Shown one piece after another: positions 23,621 through 32,000 of a DNA stretch of 32,000 bases. Numbering within the stretch: position 1 is the stretch's first letter; every line of letters starts with the position of its first letter. The notes below the pieces were generated by a model. It did not search any database and was not told the origin of the DNA. It worked only from the letters and a program-made list of their open reading frames with translations. The position numbers and the translations under genes are program-made. This DNA comes from Candidatus Electronema aureum (GTDB lineage Bacteria > Desulfobacterota > Desulfobulbia > Desulfobulbales > Desulfobulbaceae), in contig NQJD01000017.1 in NCBI GenBank assembly GCA_004284765.1, positions 1 to 32,000 on the forward strand, read 5' to 3'.

Positions 23621-23649
23621 TTGACAGGTAGCGGCAAATCACGTACATT
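23621..23649 (+). promoter_or_regulatory. sigma70-like promoter for tatBC (TTGACA-N17-TACATT)
   Basis: TTGACAggtagcggcaaatcacgTACATT lies 64 nt upstream of the tatB ATG. Its -35 TTGACAGG is the exact inverted copy of the permease promoter -35. Confidence 0.45.
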
Positions 23650-23712
23650 CCTTTGTCGATATTTTCTTCCCCGCTCCATTCCGCAGCAGAACAATCAACC
23701 CAAGAAAACGCG

Positions 23713-24168
23713 ATGTTCGGTATAGGTTTCCCTGAAATGATCATCATTCTGATCGTGGCATTGGTCGTAGTCGGGCCAGATAAGCTGCCTGATTTGGCCC
23801 GCTCTTTAGCCAAAGGCGTAAATGAGCTGCGCGGTGCAATGAATCAGATCAAGGAAAGCCTGAACGAAGAAACCAAGGTGATCAGTTCGGTGAAGGAGGA
23901 TTTACGCAAGACTGCTGGACAGATGAAAGATGATCTGCTCAAGGATAACATAGGTGGGCCGCGCCGAATGCCGAGTGAGGATACACTGATTGAAATGGAG
24001 GCTGATCTGGCTGAAGCCGCAGGTCCGCGTCCTTGGGAGCAGGATGACCACCAAGAAACGACGAAGGAAGCTATTGTTGACAGCGCGTCTGCCCCTGCCG
24101 AAGAGGAAAACGTTGCGCCAGCGGAAGAGCGGATCATGGGAAAGAATCCTGCTGCCCCTGTTGTATGA
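23713..24168 (+). CDS. tatB: twin-arginine translocase subunit TatB (TatA/B family)
   Basis: MFGIGFPEMIIILIVALVVVGPDKLPDLARSL matches the TatB-type N-terminus (FxxGxxE ... GPxxLP). 151 aa with an acidic tail. Overlaps the tatC start. Confidence 0.75.
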   Translation: MFGIGFPEMIIILIVALVVVGPDKLPDLARSLAKGVNELRGAMNQIKESLNEETKVISSVKEDLRKTAGQMKDDLLKDNIGGPRRMPSEDTLIEMEADLAEAAGPRPWEQDDHQETTKEAIVDSASAPAEEENVAPAEERIMGKNPAAPVV

Positions 24169-24899
24169 TTTCTGTTTTAGAACAGCTCCGGCCCCATCAC
24201 GAGGAGCTGCGAAAACGGCTATTAGTCTCTATCGCCGTGGTTGCTGCCTGTTCTGGCGTGGCATGGTTGTTCATCGACCAATTAACCGCCCTTTGCATTA
24301 GTCCACTGCTGAGGGCTGCCCCAGAGATGGGAAAATTAGTCTATACCAAGCTAACCGACGCATTCATCTCCTACCTCAAGTTAACTTTGATAGTCGGTAT
24401 TACCGCCAGTTTCCCCTTTTTGCTCTATCAAGCGTGGATGTTTGCCGCACCAGGTCTGCTCGCCGATGAAAAACGGATAGCCCAGCGGATCATCTTTTGG
24501 TCAACTGGATTGTTTGTTGCTGGTGCCTTGTTCTCCTTCTTTATTGTCCTGCCGCAAACGCTGGCCTTTTTTATGAGCTATACGGGCGAGAACCTCCAGC
24601 CTATGCTCAAGATTAGCCTTTACCTCACCTTTGTTGCCCGTATGGTGCTGGCGTTCGCCGCTGCCTTTGAAATCCCCTTTCTGATGGTTATGGCTGCTGC
24701 TGCCGGATTGGTGCGTCGCGATCACTTCACCAGCAAACGCAAATTTTTCTACATCGCTATTGTCGTGCTGTCCTTCCTACTTGCAGCAGGCGACCTCACC
24801 GCTACCGTGCTGTTAGCTTTGCCGCTGTTCGGGTTATATGAAGCCGGGATTGTTGCAGTGCGGATCTTTAGTCACAAGAAAGAAGAGGCAGCTCTGTAG
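24165..24899 (+). CDS. tatC: twin-arginine translocase subunit TatC
   Basis: HHEELRKRLL N-terminus, six TM segments and the FPFLLYQAWMFAAPGL motif typical of TatC. Confidence 0.85.
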   Translation: MISVLEQLRPHHEELRKRLLVSIAVVAACSGVAWLFIDQLTALCISPLLRAAPEMGKLVYTKLTDAFISYLKLTLIVGITASFPFLLYQAWMFAAPGLLADEKRIAQRIIFWSTGLFVAGALFSFFIVLPQTLAFFMSYTGENLQPMLKISLYLTFVARMVLAFAAAFEIPFLMVMAAAAGLVRRDHFTSKRKFFYIAIVVLSFLLAAGDLTATVLLALPLFGLYEAGIVAVRIFSHKKEEAAL

Positions 24900-24921
24900 G
24901 ATTTCTGTCTTTTTGAGAATA

Positions 24922-26772
24922 TCAAACATGTTCACTGTTCTTCCAGAGCAGATAAATATACAACGACCAGAGTCGGTAGCCGTGATCGCGCTGGCCTTGG
25001 CGGTGCTGGCGCAGCAAGCTGAGGGCCTCTGCCGCGTTGATCGGGCCGCTGTCCTTGGCCAGCAGCTCTTCAAATTCCCTCCCCAAATCCTGCCGGAACC
25101 AGTCGTGAATCGGCACGCCGAAGCCTTGCTTGCGCCGATTCCAGATATTCGCAGGCAAGAGGTCGGCAAAAGCCCTTCGCAGCATCTTTTTACCACTCAG
25201 ACCAGAGCGGTGCCAGCTCCGAGGCAGCGAGAAGGCCAGCTCCACCACGTCACGATCTAAGAAAGGCGCGCGCGTCTCCAAGGAACAGCCCATCGAAGCC
25301 CGATCCACCTTGACTAAGATATCCTGCGGTAGATAAATCAGGGCATCAGCGGCCATCATCCGCTGAATGTCGTCAGCATTCGCTTCCGCTGGGATGAGCG
25401 GCGGCTGGTGTCCTCGCTCACTCAGAATAGGAAAGAGACGATTGCGCTGCGCTTGCGGATACAGCACCGGTGCGAAATAAGGGGTCTCTTCCTCAATCCG
25501 ATTGATGATGTCTTGGAATAAATGCGCTTTCTTGATCAGCGAGCGGCTGTGATGAGCCATCGGCTCTGGCATCGCCCGGATGATTTTTTCTACGCCTGAG
25601 CGCAATGCTTTAGGCAGGCGCAGATACCAGCGCAGAATGGTGCGGGCCTGATAGCGCTGATAGCCGCTGAACAGCTCGTCACCGCCGTCGCCAGACAGGG
25701 CCACCTTGACCTTGGAGGCAGCGAGCTGCGAGACCATGAAGGTGGGCAAGAGCGAGGAGTCAGCAAAGGGCTGGCCGACGTTGTTGAGGATGAGGCTGGT
25801 TAACTGCGCCCGATCCCAGCTTTCCAAAACTCGAACGTGGTGATCAGTGCCGCGCTGGGTGGCGATCTGCCCGGCAAATTCGCGCTCATCGTAGGAACGC
25901 TCCTGAAAGCCGATGGTGAAGGTCTTGGGCAGCACGCCCAGCTCGGCGCACATGATCGACACCACCAGCGAGGAATCCACCCCACCAGAAAGAAAGGCTC
26001 CGACTTCCACATCTGCGACCATCCGTCGCTTCACCGCCCGAATCAGCTTCATCCGAAGTTCCGCTGCTGCATCTTCTTTGCTGCCTTGGAAGGTGCGGAT
26101 TTGCAGCGACCAATAGGGTTGTTCCGCGCATGTTTTCCTCGGCGACCAGTCGAGCAGATGACCGGGTAGCAGTTCTCGCACGCCCTGATAAGCCGTGGTG
26201 CCGGGCAGATAGTAGCCGTGGCGGAAGAAATCTGCGCTGGAATCCATATCCTCAGCCCAAGGCCACCCGGCCAGCCGCTTCAGCGTGGGTAACTCTGAAG
26301 CACAGGCAAGAAAGCCACCTTCCTCCTGATAATAGAGCGGTTTCTTGCCCATGCGGTCGCGGCAGAGGAGCAGGCGTTGCGCCACGTTGTCCCAGAGAGC
26401 AAATGCCCACATGCCTTCCATCCGGTCAATGAAAGACGTGCCGACCGTGACCAGCCCAGCCAACAGCACCTCAGTGTCGCCGTGGGTCTGAAATTGCCAG
26501 TGTGCCTCTAAATCAGGCCGCAGCTCTTGGTAGTTATATATCTCCCCGTTGAAGCTGAGGACATAGCGTCCGTCCGGGCTAATCATCGGCTGAATGCTAC
26601 CGCTCTGGTCAATGATTGACAGGCGGCGATGGCCGATGCTGATGCTTGGCCCCTGCCAGAGGCCGTCGTCATCCGGCCCACGATGCTGCATGGCCTTCAG
26701 AGCTGCCCGCATTCTGGCCTGATGCTCGTCAACGGTGATCCTTTCGTCATACAGCAGGGCGATGCCGCACAT
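24922..26772 (-). CDS. asnB: asparagine synthase (glutamine-hydrolysing)
   Basis: The start MCGIALLYDE provides the N-terminal nucleophile Cys2 of class II amidotransferases. GAFLSGGVDSS is the PP-loop. Start moved to ATG 26772. Confidence 0.85.
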   Translation of the reverse strand: MCGIALLYDERITVDEHQARMRAALKAMQHRGPDDDGLWQGPSISIGHRRLSIIDQSGSIQPMISPDGRYVLSFNGEIYNYQELRPDLEAHWQFQTHGDTEVLLAGLVTVGTSFIDRMEGMWAFALWDNVAQRLLLCRDRMGKKPLYYQEEGGFLACASELPTLKRLAGWPWAEDMDSSADFFRHGYYLPGTTAYQGVRELLPGHLLDWSPRKTCAEQPYWSLQIRTFQGSKEDAAAELRMKLIRAVKRRMVADVEVGAFLSGGVDSSLVVSIMCAELGVLPKTFTIGFQERSYDEREFAGQIATQRGTDHHVRVLESWDRAQLTSLILNNVGQPFADSSLLPTFMVSQLAASKVKVALSGDGGDELFSGYQRYQARTILRWYLRLPKALRSGVEKIIRAMPEPMAHHSRSLIKKAHLFQDIINRIEEETPYFAPVLYPQAQRNRLFPILSERGHQPPLIPAEANADDIQRMMAADALIYLPQDILVKVDRASMGCSLETRAPFLDRDVVELAFSLPRSWHRSGLSGKKMLRRAFADLLPANIWNRRKQGFGVPIHDWFRQDLGREFEELLAKDSGPINAAEALSLLRQHRQGQRDHGYRLWSLYIYLLWKNSEHV

Positions 26773-27000
26773 GGTTGTGGCTCCAGTCAAATAAAATGAG
26801 ATGTACTTAGGTGTTCCAAGTTCCGTGAGATTTTCTTGACTGTCATATAGAAGAGACAATTTGTCAAGAATGCTCCGCTCTCTTTCACCAAGCACCTTCT
26901 GTCTTGAGCGGGAGATCAAGGAACTTGACGCATCATGTCAGAAAAAATGTTCAACCCAGCCCTGCATGGAGCTTGACACGAACAACACAGTATCTACTGT

Positions 27001-28317
27001 TTATTCCCCGCAGGCCTTGTCGCCGCTGATGTCTTGGCCAAAGACCGCCGCGCCCTGCTTCATGGCGCAGAAATCACCGCACATGGTGCAGGTTTCGCTG
27101 CATTCCGGCATTCTGCTCCGGCGCAGATTCTGAGCGATTTTTGGGAAAAGGAGATGTTTGTCCAAATCCGTCCAGCGCATGTCCCGCCGCGCCTTGGCCG
27201 CCGCCTTCTCGTTGTCGCGGCGGTCAGGATATTTGGCGATGTCGCCAGCCCGCACCGCCAGCCGGGCGGCGCGGATGCCTTGGCGGACATCCTCCTCATC
27301 AGGCAGGGCAAGATGCTCCGCTGGTGTGATGTAGCAGATCAAATCCGCGCCGTGGCGGGCGGACTGCGCTGCGCCGATGGCCGCGCTGATGTGGTCATAG
27401 CCTGCGCCGGTATCCAAGGGCAGTGGGCCGAGCACATAATACGGCGCGTTGCCGCTCATTCGTTTTTCCAGCAGGATGTTGGCCGCGATCTCATCCAGCG
27501 GCACGTGACCGGGGCCTTCAACCATCATCTGGCAGCCCATGTTGCGCCCCAGCTCGGCCAGCTCGCAGTTGATCACCATTTCCGCCACCTGCGCCCGGTC
27601 GTGGCTGTCATGAATCGCCCCGGCGCGGATGCCGTTGCCGAGCGAAAGCACGGCATCGTATTTCTTCATCAGGCAGCAGACCCGGTCGAACTGCTCGTAG
27701 AGCGGGTTTTCCTTGCCCGTGCTGTCCATCCACGCGGCCATGAAGGTGCCGCCTTTGGACACCAGCCCGCCGTAGCGGTAGCCCTGTTTGCGCAGGCGTT
27801 CGATTGTCCAGCGGTTGATGCCGCAGTGAATGGCCATGAAGCTGATGCCGTCGGCAAGCTGCCGCTCGATGATCTCGAACAGTCGCTCCGGGTCGAGCTT
27901 GCCCGGATTGCGGTGCTCCAGCGCGGCTTCCCGGAAGGCTTGATACAGCGGCACGGTGCCCACCGGCAGCCGCGTCGCCGCCAGCACGTTGCGGCGGATC
28001 GCGTCCAAATCACCGGCGGCGGACAGCTCCATCAGAGTGTCCGCGCCTTCCTCTTCGGCAATCCCCGCCTTGCGCACTTCAAGGGCGAGGTCACAGATGT
28101 CGGACGAGGTGCCGATGGAGGCATTGACTTTTGTCCGCAGGCCCGTGCCGATGCCAACCGCCTCCTGCTGAGGCCTCTGCGGATGGCTGAGAATGACGAT
28201 TTCGCCCGCAGCCACGCGGGTTCTGACCAGCTCCGGCGCAAGCCCCTCGTTCTGGGCCACAGCGCTGATCTGCGCAGTGATGATGCCCTCGCGGGCCGCT
28301 TCCAATTGGGTTTTCAT
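27001..28317 (-). CDS. thiC: phosphomethylpyrimidine synthase
   Basis: Highly conserved ThiC blocks (TQLEAAREGIIT, VGTVPLYQA, MAIHCG, SKGG, HVPL, GPLPLDTGAGYDHI) and the C-terminal CTMCGDFCA cluster. ATG 28317 lies 6 nt after GAGG. Confidence 0.9.
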   Translation of the reverse strand: MKTQLEAAREGIITAQISAVAQNEGLAPELVRTRVAAGEIVILSHPQRPQQEAVGIGTGLRTKVNASIGTSSDICDLALEVRKAGIAEEEGADTLMELSAAGDLDAIRRNVLAATRLPVGTVPLYQAFREAALEHRNPGKLDPERLFEIIERQLADGISFMAIHCGINRWTIERLRKQGYRYGGLVSKGGTFMAAWMDSTGKENPLYEQFDRVCCLMKKYDAVLSLGNGIRAGAIHDSHDRAQVAEMVINCELAELGRNMGCQMMVEGPGHVPLDEIAANILLEKRMSGNAPYYVLGPLPLDTGAGYDHISAAIGAAQSARHGADLICYITPAEHLALPDEEDVRQGIRAARLAVRAGDIAKYPDRRDNEKAAAKARRDMRWTDLDKHLLFPKIAQNLRRSRMPECSETCTMCGDFCAMKQGAAVFGQDISGDKACGE

Positions 28318-28560
28318 GCTCAGCCTCATTGTTTGCGCCCTGCCGGGAACAATGAGGCCCGGCAGAGCATACGCTCTCCGGAACCCTTTGCCATCGCGTT
28401 CCAATCCTGTTTGCAATTCTTCAGTTCGTCTTCTGGCTTCCCCGCCTGTCCAGCGGCCTTCCCATTTTTCTGGTGAAAAACAGTGGCTGCAAACTGCTGA
28501 ACAGGCATCTACGGGGTCACAGCATCGGGAATGCCACGGAATCGCACCGTGTTCCGGTCA
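28318..28560 (-). ncRNA. thiC leader: candidate TPP (THI-box) riboswitch with an SD-sequestering helix
   Basis: Minus sense contains GGTGC...GCTGTGACCCCGTAGATGCCTGTTC..., which resembles the THI-box core (GGGGUGC...GCUGAGA..ACCC....ACCUGAUC) only partially. CCGGAAC (28550-28556) can pair with GTTCCGG (28379-28385). CCTCATTGTT (28347-28356) is complementary to AACAATGAGG (28324-28333), which contains the RBS. Confidence 0.45.
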
Positions 28561-28642
28561 CTGAAGATGGATAAATTACAACAAGCTGCCTTGAGGCGGC
28601 TCACAGTGCTTGTACGTCCTGCCCATTTTTGATTATTTCTGA

Positions 28643-29143
28643 TTAAATCAGGTGTCCGCCACATTCTGGGCAAAAAAGTTCACTTTTTTTAAAAGAATCT
28701 TTACGGCAAGAAAAAGAACAGTCTTGACAAAAATATGTATTTTCCTGATCACGCAATTTATTTTTTTCTGCTACAGAAAATTCCATTTCCTCCTTGCTAA
28801 AAGTATAACTGCAAAATCTGCATCTTACAGCTTCAGCCCGAATGATTTCAGCGCAGGAAGGGCATTTTTTCGTAGAAAAACTATGTTCTATATCAGGATC
28901 AGACACAATATTGATAAATAATCCCAATAACAATATTCCAGTCCCTATCCAAAATACAACAGGATTATATGGAGTCCCTCCGCCAAAACGAACCATTGTA
29001 GCAGCGAATCCGCATGATGAATATAAGCAGCTAATAAAATCGCTGCTTCCGTAAGACATCCACCACCATATTATGGCGATTACAGTTATAAGTCCTCCTA
29101 AAAACGTCAAGAAATATGACAATCTTTTTGCGTTCTCGTTCAT
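28643..29143 (-). CDS. membrane protein with two C-terminal zinc-ribbon motifs
   Basis: Two or three TM segments are followed by CPSC...CRFC and CQDC...CPEC. The gene is visibly AT-rich relative to its neighbours. Confidence 0.6.
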   Translation of the reverse strand: MNENAKRLSYFLTFLGGLITVIAIIWWWMSYGSSDFISCLYSSCGFAATMVRFGGGTPYNPVVFWIGTGILLLGLFINIVSDPDIEHSFSTKKCPSCAEIIRAEAVRCRFCSYTFSKEEMEFSVAEKNKLRDQENTYFCQDCSFSCRKDSFKKSELFCPECGGHLI

Positions 29144-29288
29144 TTTTTCCCCCTTGTTTTCATGTCAACAAACAGTTTTCAATTTCATTGCCGTTTGCCG
29201 TCTATTCATTGTCGCGAAGATTTCTGACCCATGCGCTGCTGTCCTTTATCTCTGCATGGTCACGCCACATTCCGATGAAAGACCCATC

Positions 29289-29323
29289 AAAAAATCTGCC
29301 TGCCGTCGAGCTTCCAGCGGCAG
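29289..29323 (-). terminator. possible terminator after gatA
   Basis: Minus sense reads CTGCCG-N12-CGGCAG, then gcagaTTTTTT. The stem is short (6 bp). Confidence 0.35.
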
Positions 29324-29355
29324 CGCAGCGAATCTACGGACAATATTTTCGCATC

Positions 29356-30816
29356 TTACAGCTCCGGCAGCTTCCCCTTCACACCCGCCCGCTGCTCCAG
29401 ATTCCACGCCGCTCTAAAGAGCGCGGTCTCGTTGAAATGGCTGGCCTGCATCTGCATTCCAATCGGCAGCCCTTCTGCGGAGAAGCCGCAAGGCACGGAC
29501 ATGCCAGGAATTCCGGCCAGATTTGCGGAAATGGTGAGAATGTCTGACAGATATAAGGCGAGCGGATTGTCCGCCTTCTGGGCAAGCGGCCAAGCCGGGG
29601 TCGGCGTAACCGGCGAAACCAGCACGTCGCACTGGGCAAATGCCTTGGCGAAATCCTCGCGGATCAGCGTCCGCACCTGCGAAGCCTTTTTATAATAGGC
29701 ATCGTAATATCCAGCAGAAAGCGCGTATGTGCCAATCAAAATGCGCCGCTTGACTTCGTCGCCAAAGCCCTGCGAGCGGGTCTGTCGGTACATGTCAATC
29801 AGACTGTCCGCCACCGCCCGCCTGCCATAGCGCACACCGTCGTAACGGGCGAGATTCGAGCTGGCCTCCGCCGAGGCGATCAAATAATACACAGCTACGC
29901 AGTATTCCGTGTGCGGCAGCGAAACCTCCACCAGCTCCGCGCCTGCATCTTTGAGCATGGCGATTCCGGCGCGGATGCTTTTTTCCACTTCCGCGTCCAG
30001 CCCTTCGCCGAAATATTCGCGGGGAATACCGACGCGAAGACCAGCCATGCCGTCCTGCAAGGCCGCGTTCCAGTCCGGCACGTCCTGTTTGGCAGAAGTG
30101 GAATCGTGCTGATCATGCCCGGCGATAGCCTGCATCAGCAGGGCGCAGTCGGCCACGTCTTTTGTCAGCGGCCCGACTTGATCCAGCGAAGAGGCGAAGG
30201 CCACCAGTCCGTAACGCGAAACCCGCCCGTAGGTGGGCTTCATGCCGACCACGCCGCAGAGCGAGGCTGGCTGCCGGATTGAGCCGCCGGTGTCCGAGCC
30301 GAGCGAGGCCAAGCATTCGCCCGCTGCCACTGAGGCCGCCGAACCGCCGCTGGAACCGCCTGCCACATAGCCGAGCTTCCACGGATTATGCGGAATTTTG
30401 TCCTTGTAGGCGCAGTTCTCGTTGGTCGAACCCATCGCGAACTCATCCATGCTGACCTTGCCCAGAATCACTGCGTCTTCGGCCAGCAGCTTCTCCACCA
30501 CGGTGGCGTTGTAGGGCGGGATGAAGCCCTCCAGCATCTTCGAGCCGCAGGTGGTGGGCATGGTCGCGGTGCAGAGCACATCTTTGACTGACAGCGGCAG
30601 GCCGCAGAGCATTCCGCCTTGGCCTTGCGCCAGCTTTTTATCCGCCTGCTCGGCAGCGGCCATCGCCTGCTCCGGGTGCAGGCTCAGGTAAGCCCTGACC
30701 TTGTCTTCCACGTGGTCAATCCGGGCCAGCAGCGATTCGGTGAGGGCAGTTGCGGTGATTTCCCGCGCCACCAGCTTCTGCTGCGCCTGCCGCAGGGTGA
30801 GTGTATGCAAATCCAT
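29356..30816 (-). CDS. gatA: Asp-tRNA(Asn)/Glu-tRNA(Gln) amidotransferase subunit A
   Basis: Amidase signature GGSSGGSAASVAAG, GSDTGGSIRQPA and the typical GatA N-terminus (LHTLTLRQAQQKLVAREITA). Confidence 0.9.
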   Translation of the reverse strand: MDLHTLTLRQAQQKLVAREITATALTESLLARIDHVEDKVRAYLSLHPEQAMAAAEQADKKLAQGQGGMLCGLPLSVKDVLCTATMPTTCGSKMLEGFIPPYNATVVEKLLAEDAVILGKVSMDEFAMGSTNENCAYKDKIPHNPWKLGYVAGGSSGGSAASVAAGECLASLGSDTGGSIRQPASLCGVVGMKPTYGRVSRYGLVAFASSLDQVGPLTKDVADCALLMQAIAGHDQHDSTSAKQDVPDWNAALQDGMAGLRVGIPREYFGEGLDAEVEKSIRAGIAMLKDAGAELVEVSLPHTEYCVAVYYLIASAEASSNLARYDGVRYGRRAVADSLIDMYRQTRSQGFGDEVKRRILIGTYALSAGYYDAYYKKASQVRTLIREDFAKAFAQCDVLVSPVTPTPAWPLAQKADNPLALYLSDILTISANLAGIPGMSVPCGFSAEGLPIGMQMQASHFNETALFRAAWNLEQRAGVKGKLPEL

Positions 30817-30899
30817 TTGGAAACAGCTCGAAAGATGTTGGGTTAAAATGAAAAAGGATGATGCTCTATGCCCGATGGAGGTCAGCAGAGGCTGATGCC

Positions 30900-31250
30900 T
30901 CAGCCTTTCTTAGTCGGAGCAGCTTGCTTCTCTTCCGCTATTGGCATCGGCAGAACATAGCCGCGCTGGAGCTTGATCCGTACATTGTCGGCAATTTCCA
31001 AGGTGATAGCGGTGTCAGTCAAGCCAGTGATGGTGCCATGAACGCCGCCGCCAGTCATCACCTTGTCGCCTTTTTGCAGATTGCCGAGAAAGCTCTGTAG
31101 CTCCTGCGCCTTCTTCTGCTGCGGGCGGATAAGCAGGAAGTAGAAGACGACGAAAATCAGGATCAGCGGGACAAACTGGCCAAAGGAGGCAAAGCCTCCT
31201 GCCGCTGGTGCGGCGGCAGCTGCGGATTGGGCGTAGGCAATTCCAGCCAT
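30900..31250 (-). CDS. yajC: preprotein translocase subunit YajC
   Basis: FVPLILIFVVFYFLLIRPQQKK...GDKVMTGGGVHGTI is the canonical YajC pattern. Confidence 0.85.
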   Translation of the reverse strand: MAGIAYAQSAAAAAPAAGGFASFGQFVPLILIFVVFYFLLIRPQQKKAQELQSFLGNLQKGDKVMTGGGVHGTITGLTDTAITLEIADNVRIKLQRGYVLPMPIAEEKQAAPTKKG

Positions 31251-31352
31251 AAAATTCTCCGAAAGATTATTGTGGGTTAAGAGGAGAAGTGATATTCACC
31301 GCTCCCTGATAAATGGACTTTTTCTGTCTTTGTTGATATTGGGCTTCGTGCT

Positions 31353-31736
31353 TTACTTCGCCTCGTCAATCATCTGGATAATCTTCGCCTCAACCTCGCT
31401 GGCGATCTGCGTCAAGGCTGCCTCCTGCGAGAGCATGGAAAGCATCTGCGCTGGCCTGATGGTGCCAATCTTCGTCGTGCCGTTCTCGGTGAAGACAGAA
31501 ATGCGGCAGGGCAGGGCCATATTCAAGCGCATGTCCGTTGCCAGAACCTTTCCGGCTTGGACAGGATTGCACACTTCAAACACCTTACAGTGCTGGTCAA
31601 AGGCAATGCCCTTGCTGCGGAGGGTGCTACCCAAATCGTGGATATGCAGCACCCCGAAGCCGTGATGTTTGACTGCGGCTTCAAGGTCTGCGGATGCTTG
31701 ATCGAAGGATTTGGCTGTTTCGGCTATGTAGTACAT
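31353..31736 (-). CDS. DUF302 domain protein
   Basis: From MYYIAETAKSFDQASADLEAAVKHHGFGVLHIHDL...VFEVCNP...LPCRISVF, which matches the DUF302 pattern. ATG 31736 with GAGG upstream. Confidence 0.65.
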   Translation of the reverse strand: MYYIAETAKSFDQASADLEAAVKHHGFGVLHIHDLGSTLRSKGIAFDQHCKVFEVCNPVQAGKVLATDMRLNMALPCRISVFTENGTTKIGTIRPAQMLSMLSQEAALTQIASEVEAKIIQMIDEAK

Positions 31737-31999
31737 GAGGTGCCTCGATATTGCTCTGAGCAAGCAGCAGCTTGCAATTGCCATCGCGCTTCAATGGTGT
31801 CTGCGGACAAATCAGCACCGCAGTCCCATTCGATGAAATACTTTCCATTGGATACCTGCATAAAAGCTGCCTGATTCTGTAACTCGGCAAATGCTTCATC
31901 GTTCAGGTACGGCGTAACGTCGAAGAGACCAATCCGGCCATCCTCCGCAATGACCAGCAACGTGTGATCAGTATTGGGATGGACTTCCTGTATTCTCAT
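31724..31999 (-). CDS. DUF2442 domain protein
   Basis: MRIQEVHPNTDHTLLVIAEDGRIGLFDVTPYL...FAEL...IEWDCGADLSADTI fits the DUF2442 pattern. The start lies 1 nt from the window edge, so the true start is uncertain. Confidence 0.55.
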   Translation of the reverse strand: MRIQEVHPNTDHTLLVIAEDGRIGLFDVTPYLNDEAFAELQNQAAFMQVSNGKYFIEWDCGADLSADTIEARWQLQAAACSEQYRGTSCTT

Positions 32000-32000
32000 T

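Noticed and set aside
27034-28476. 480-aa plus-strand ORF antisense to thiC, plus similar shadow ORFs opposite asnB, gatA, argD, malQ and the permease
   Set aside because: The opposite-strand genes have unmistakable conserved motifs. The antisense translations are low-complexity and Arg/Ala/Gly-rich. They are GC-rich frame artefacts.

Overview
GC-rich bacterial chromosomal segment. From about 8.2 kb rightwards it carries mostly ordinary housekeeping genes: argD, tRNA-Glu(CUC), malQ, rpoD, a futalosine-pathway block (mqnE, TM2 protein, mqnC, amidohydrolase), tatBC, asnB, thiC with a structured leader, gatA and yajC. The left 8.2 kb is a mosaic accessory region built around three fragments of a DNA polymerase III alpha (dnaE) PHP-domain gene. 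Reading along the minus strand the order is: a diverged PHP remnant; a 37-nt bipartite element; an OLD-family ATPase/Toprim nuclease whose 3' end runs into a copy of the dnaE 5' end; a VapB-like/PIN module whose PIN gene is frameshifted inside a (TG)5 tract; a 301-codon dnaE 5' fragment; a second copy of the 37-nt element; and a visibly AT-rich, tightly coupled four-gene operon. That operon (655-4414) encodes a small helical protein, a 552-aa helical-repeat protein, a soluble SPFH/band-7-like protein and a multi-TM LysM protein. I could not assign it to any named system. Its first two proteins share an unusual F-[TS]-G-[SC]-x-V-x-A-x-NIVG-x-NQ-x-I motif, and it is my best candidate for an undescribed, possibly membrane-acting conflict or defence module. 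Other notable signals are four GTTC-N4-GAAC palindromes phased at exactly 23 bp in a divergent promoter region, a REP-like hairpin flanking a metallophosphoesterase gene on both sides, a Kazal-domain lipoprotein, and a small AT-rich islet encoding a zinc-ribbon membrane protein. All calls rest on reading the sequence and remembered family motifs; no searches were run.
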